Of a stretch of DNA of 64,000 nt, positions 59,861-64,000 are shown piece after piece. This stretch comes from Chloroflexota bacterium (GTDB taxonomy: Bacteria > Chloroflexota > UBA11872 > VXOZ01): contig OZ219801.1 in assembly GCA_964291655.2 (NCBI GenBank), positions 608,001-672,000 of the forward strand, written 5' to 3'. Below the pieces are notes generated by a model, which was not told the DNA's origin, did not search any database, and saw only the letters and a program-made list of their open reading frames with translations. Both the position numbers and the translations under genes were made by a program. Numbering within the stretch: the stretch's first letter is position 1; every line of letters begins with the position of its first letter.

Positions 59861-60129
59861 GGTCGTGCTAGACGGGGAACTAGCGGTGCCCTGCACCCGC
59901 AATCCGCTATAGCGGGGTTGACAGCTTTCCGTGAGGTTCGCGTTGTTTGGAGGCTGCTGCGTGGTAGCGGCGTTGATGGCTGGGTCTTGCGCGGCGAGAG
60001 GCCGTGAACCCCGTCAGGTCCGGAAGGAAGCAGCGGTAAGCGGTTACTTTCGGGTGCCGCAAGGAAGCTTGGCCGGAGCTAGCGCCACGTAAGCGCTTCA
60101 GGGAGCCGTATCGAAGGAAAGGCACGGCC
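59861..60129 (+). ncRNA. ffs: Large bacterial SRP RNA with Alu domain
   Basis: 5' GTCGTGCTAGACGGGGAACTAGCGGTGCCCTG.ACCCGCAATCCGC (Alu), helix 8 TCAGGTCCGGAAGGAAGCAGC, 3' GCACGGC pairs with the 5' end. Confidence 0.95.
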
Positions 60130-60841
60130 TCTTTTTGTCTTCCTCACTTCGGCGATTCGGGTACGTCGACGGCAGCCAAGAATAGCCGGGTTTCGCCTGC
60201 GTACCAATCCTGGCGCAGATTAACGCCTCCCCAGCCTGCGCTTGCATGGCGCGCAACAGGGTTCGATTTGCCCCTCGTCATTTCAGGATAAGCCTTGCCC
60301 ATGATTTGATTGGGGCCGTTGTACTTGGTGTGGGGCAAAGATGAATTCCCGCCCATGTCGAAAACGGGGTAGGATTTTCGCGGGAATCGCCATGACCTTG
60401 TCGAGGCCGCACAAAGGGGTGAAAGCATGCCCGCGACCTGTTCGGGGATGGCGGCTGGCTTCCTGACCGTCATTCCGGCGAACGCCGGAATCCAGGGCGT
60501 ACACGCCGAAGATGGATTCCCGATTGCACGGCAATGACGGAGCACGTCGTGCTCTATTCAGGGAATTGACGGACCCACATACTCTCTTCAATGCCCGCAG
60601 CCAGAACTCCAGCAACCTGAGCCGTCAGTTTTCTGAGACCACCTGGAAATGTGCGTCCCGCTGTACACTTGACCCTGTAAACATTGAATCTAGATTCCTC
60701 GCTACACTCGGAATGACGTACAATTCAGTTCAAGGAATGAGCAGGGGTTTCATTCGGACGTTTTCGGCGAATTCTTGCCATCACAGCCCTCATCCAATAA
60801 AAGAATTCTTTCGCTGACCTAAACGAGGAGAACCTTCACCG

Positions 60842-62554
60842 GTGTCGCGGGTGGTATTGTACAACAAGTGGCGGCCGCAGACGTTTGCCGACGTGGTCGG
60901 CCAAGAGCCTACCGTGCGCACGCTGCAGAACTCCCTGGCATCTGGGCAGATCGCCCACGCCTACATTTTTGCGGGGCCGCGCGGCTCGGGCAAAACTTCG
61001 CTGGCGCGCATCTTGGCGAAAGCCCTCAACTGCCTGCAGGGCGTCCAGCCGGAGCCATGCAGCAAGTGCGCCGCCTGCACGGATGTCGTGGAGGGCCGCT
61101 TCCTCGATCTGGTTGAACTCGACGCCGCCTCCAACCGGGGAATCGAGGATATTCGCGACCTGCGGGAGCGCGTGAATTTCGCGCCGGTGAGCGGACGCTA
61201 CAAATTCTACCTCATCGACGAGGTACACCAGCTCACACCGGAAGCGTCGAATGCGCTCCTAAAGACTTTGGAGGAGCCGCCGGAACACGCCGTATTCGTG
61301 CTGGCAACTACCGAAATTCACCGGGTGCTACCCACCATCTTGTCGCGGTGCCAGCGGTTCGACTTTCGCCGCATCCCCGTGCGGGCGCTGGTAGGGCGCT
61401 TGCAGGAAATTGCCGCTGCGGAGAAGGTCTCCGCCGATCCGGAAGCGCTGAACATCCTGGCACGCATGGCCGGCGGCAGCGCCCGCGACGCGGTGAGCCT
61501 CTTCGACCAGGCAATCATTTATACTTCCGGCGTCGTGACCGCCGAACAGGTGCGTGAAATGCTCGGCCTGGCCAACACGGCGGTAGTGGCCGAATTCGTC
61601 GATACACTCGCCCGCCGCGACACCAGGGAAGGCCTGCAGGTCCTTTCCCACGCCGCGGACCAGGGTTTAGAAATGCGGCAGTTCGCGCGGGAGACCATCC
61701 GCTACTTGCGGGGTACACTGCTTCACAAGAGCGGCATGGAAGCTGCCGAATTGCTTGAAATGAGCGAGGAAGAGGCCGCGCTCATGGATGGGTTGGCGGG
61801 GCGGATATCTCTCGCCGAAATCGTGCAGGCAATCAAGCTCTTTTCGGAAGCAGAGCAATCTTTGCGCTTGGGAGTTTTCCCGCAACTTCCGGTCGAGCTG
61901 GCGTTGGTAGAATTCTGCGCCGGTGAAGACTCCTCTCCCCCAACTTCCACCAGACCTGTCGCACGGCGAGCGCCGGCGGCGGCTCCCCGACGAGAGGAAA
62001 GCCCATCTACACCTCCGGCGAGCACGCCCGCTGCCGACAGTCCGCCGGAAACTCGAACCGGCACTGCGGAATCGAAAGCGGATGCCGGCGATCCGGCCGC
62101 TGCCGACTCTCCAACGCCAAGCCCACAACCGCAAGCGGACCCGCCCCAGACGACGAATCTGGAAGACTCACCACTGGCCGAGATCCAACAACGCTGGGAT
62201 GCTGTGGTGGACTCGTTCCGTCGACCGAACGTGCACCTGCGCGGTGTCCTGCGCGACTGCACGCCAAAGTCCGTACAGGACCGCGTGCTGACGTTGGAGT
62301 TTGCGCACGGATGGCACCGCGACCAAGTGCGCCAGCCGGATAACCTCTTTCTCGTGGAAAAAGCCGTCGCGCAGACGATCGGCCGCCATTTTTCAATTGA
62401 GTGCACGCTGGCGGAAAAGGATTCGGCTGCAGGCCGCTACGAAAAGGACCCCGCCCATGACCCGGTGGTTCGCAAGGCCCAGAAACTCTTTCCCGGTAAC
62501 ATCACATTTGAAGACTCCGACGAGGACACGCCCTCCTCAGCCGAAGAGATGTAG
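60842..62554 (+). CDS. dnaX: DNA polymerase III subunit gamma/tau
   Basis: LYNKWRPQTF, GPRGSGKT, PCSKC..C, DAASN, IDEVH, ALLKTLEEPP, SRCQ. Confidence 0.98.
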   Translation: MSRVVLYNKWRPQTFADVVGQEPTVRTLQNSLASGQIAHAYIFAGPRGSGKTSLARILAKALNCLQGVQPEPCSKCAACTDVVEGRFLDLVELDAASNRGIEDIRDLRERVNFAPVSGRYKFYLIDEVHQLTPEASNALLKTLEEPPEHAVFVLATTEIHRVLPTILSRCQRFDFRRIPVRALVGRLQEIAAAEKVSADPEALNILARMAGGSARDAVSLFDQAIIYTSGVVTAEQVREMLGLANTAVVAEFVDTLARRDTREGLQVLSHAADQGLEMRQFARETIRYLRGTLLHKSGMEAAELLEMSEEEAALMDGLAGRISLAEIVQAIKLFSEAEQSLRLGVFPQLPVELALVEFCAGEDSSPPTSTRPVARRAPAAAPRREESPSTPPASTPAADSPPETRTGTAESKADAGDPAAADSPTPSPQPQADPPQTTNLEDSPLAEIQQRWDAVVDSFRRPNVHLRGVLRDCTPKSVQDRVLTLEFAHGWHRDQVRQPDNLFLVEKAVAQTIGRHFSIECTLAEKDSAAGRYEKDPAHDPVVRKAQKLFPGNITFEDSDEDTPSSAEEM

Positions 62555-62743
62555 AGCTGAAAATTAACTACGCCTACTCCGAATTCTGCATTCCCGTTAG
62601 CGCCTGCAGCAGTGCCGGAACATAGCCACCGATCTCGATGCAATGGTACATTAAGCGGGTAAAGCTGCAAGACAAATGGCCCGGCGCAAGCGGAGAATCG
62701 GCCGGACGACGCACGACGGCACGTTTCAAAGGAGATCTGAACC

Positions 62744-64000
62744 ATGGGTCTAGAGATTTTCGAGCGGGGAAAGCTGCCCCGATGGGTGAGGGTACGGCAG
62801 AATCTCGTCACCGCCACCATAGACGACGTGGCTGCTGCCGTTGCCGGTGAGTTCTCGCGACCGGAGATTCGCGAAACCATTCAACCGGGTCAAAAAGTGG
62901 CGCTCACGGGCGGCAGTCGCGGCATCAACCGCATCGATCACGTGCTTAAGGCAGCCGCGCACGAGATCAAACGACTCGGCGCCGAGCCCTTTATCGTGCC
63001 TGCCATGGGGAGCCACGGCGGCGCTACGGCAGAGGGTCAGTTGGAAATCCTCGAGCATTACGGTGTCACAGAAGAAAAGATGGGCTGCCCGGTCCGCTCC
63101 AGCATGGAAACGGTTCTGCTCGGCCACGTAAGAGACAACGTGCCGGTTTGGGTGGACAAGACGGCCTATACCGAAGCAGACATTACGATCCCAATCAACC
63201 GCGTCAAGCCGCACACCGACTTTCACGGGCACATTGAATCCGGCTTGATGAAGATGATTGCTATCGGCCTCGGCAAGCAGAAGGGCGCGGACACATTCCA
63301 CGGCCGCAGTTTTGCTGAATTCCCCACGCTCATACCCGCGGTGGGCCAATTTACCCTCCAACACATGCCGATGCCCTTCGGACTGGCGCTCGTGGAGGAT
63401 GGGCAGTCCCGCCTTTCATTGATACAGGCTGTGCCGGCTGCGCGGATCTTGGATGAGGAACAGGAATTGCTCAAGATTGCCCGTGAGCGCATGGCGCGCC
63501 TGCCCGGTGAAGAAATCGACGTGCTGATTGTCGACCAACTCGGTAAGGACATTAGCGGTATTGGCACCGATACCAACGTCATTAATCGCTATTGGAACGG
63601 CCCTCTGCCCCAACCTCCTCACATCAAGCGGGTCGTCATGCGCGATCTGACCAAAGATACGGAAGGCAACGCTTGCGGCATTGGGCTGGGCGATGTCGTT
63701 CTGCAGCAGATCGTGGATAAGCTGGACCCAGTGCAAACCTACATGAACGTTGTTACCGCCAAAGGACCGGAAGGCGCGCGCATACCGCTCACGGTGGCCA
63801 ACGACCGCGAAGCGCTCTTCGTCGCGTTGGCCTGCTGTCATCAGATCGAGAACGAGTCGGCCCGCATTATGCGCATCCAGGATACGAAGCACCTTGAAGA
63901 TCTTTGGGTCTCCGAGCCGCTGCTGCCGCAAATGGAAGCTACCGGCCGGGTACATCGCATTGGCGAAGCGGAAGAAATCAGCTTTGATGCACAAGGGATG
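62744..64000 (+). CDS. Lactate-racemase-domain (LarA/DUF2088/DUF362-like) protein, runs off window end
   Basis: Manual translation MGLEIFERGKLPRWVRVRQ...GSRGI...PFIVPAMGSHGGATAEGQ...NRVKPHTDF.G.IESGLMKMIAIGLGKQKGA...GKDISG.G.DTNV; GGAG RBS. Confidence 0.88.
   Translation, partial: MGLEIFERGKLPRWVRVRQNLVTATIDDVAAAVAGEFSRPEIRETIQPGQKVALTGGSRGINRIDHVLKAAAHEIKRLGAEPFIVPAMGSHGGATAEGQLEILEHYGVTEEKMGCPVRSSMETVLLGHVRDNVPVWVDKTAYTEADITIPINRVKPHTDFHGHIESGLMKMIAIGLGKQKGADTFHGRSFAEFPTLIPAVGQFTLQHMPMPFGLALVEDGQSRLSLIQAVPAARILDEEQELLKIARERMARLPGEEIDVLIVDQLGKDISGIGTDTNVINRYWNGPLPQPPHIKRVVMRDLTKDTEGNACGIGLGDVVLQQIVDKLDPVQTYMNVVTAKGPEGARIPLTVANDREALFVALACCHQIENESARIMRIQDTKHLEDLWVSEPLLPQMEATGRVHRIGEAEEISFDAQGM

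Noticed and set aside
62340-62420. dnaX programmed frameshift site
   Set aside because: A-runs (GGAAAAAG, GGAAAAGG) do not form an A AAA AAG heptamer or a long poly-A tract.

Overview
A GC-rich bacterial chromosomal segment. The gene repertoire (Tat-lipoprotein solute-binding proteins, many Gfo/Idh/MocA enzymes and sulfatases, an FN3 remnant, a large Alu-type SRP RNA, dense REP-like palindromes) suggests a Chloroflexota-like, possibly sponge-associated organism; this taxonomy is inference. In order: a purS-Q-L-F-M-N-fchA-folD-eno operon; a decayed two-component/FN3 insert; UPF0182 plus an FtsH paralogue; AAC(3)-like, nrdR, vanZ, mnmE; a repeat-rich intergenic region; pyrE, HAD, recQ, Nudix; a ~24 kb sugar/amine/sulfate catabolic region; phhB; a TPP-riboswitch-controlled cytX; pncC-like, selB, a methyltransferase, iscA; an AT-richer KAP-NTPase islet; ffs, dnaX and a partial LarA/DUF362-like gene. 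No CRISPR array, tRNA, rRNA or transposase was seen. Most notable: NrdR with a tandemly duplicated zinc ribbon, a REP palindrome inserted in frame inside a CDS, a FolD lacking its cyclohydrolase residues next to FchA, and nested, self-amplifying REP/MITE-like elements.
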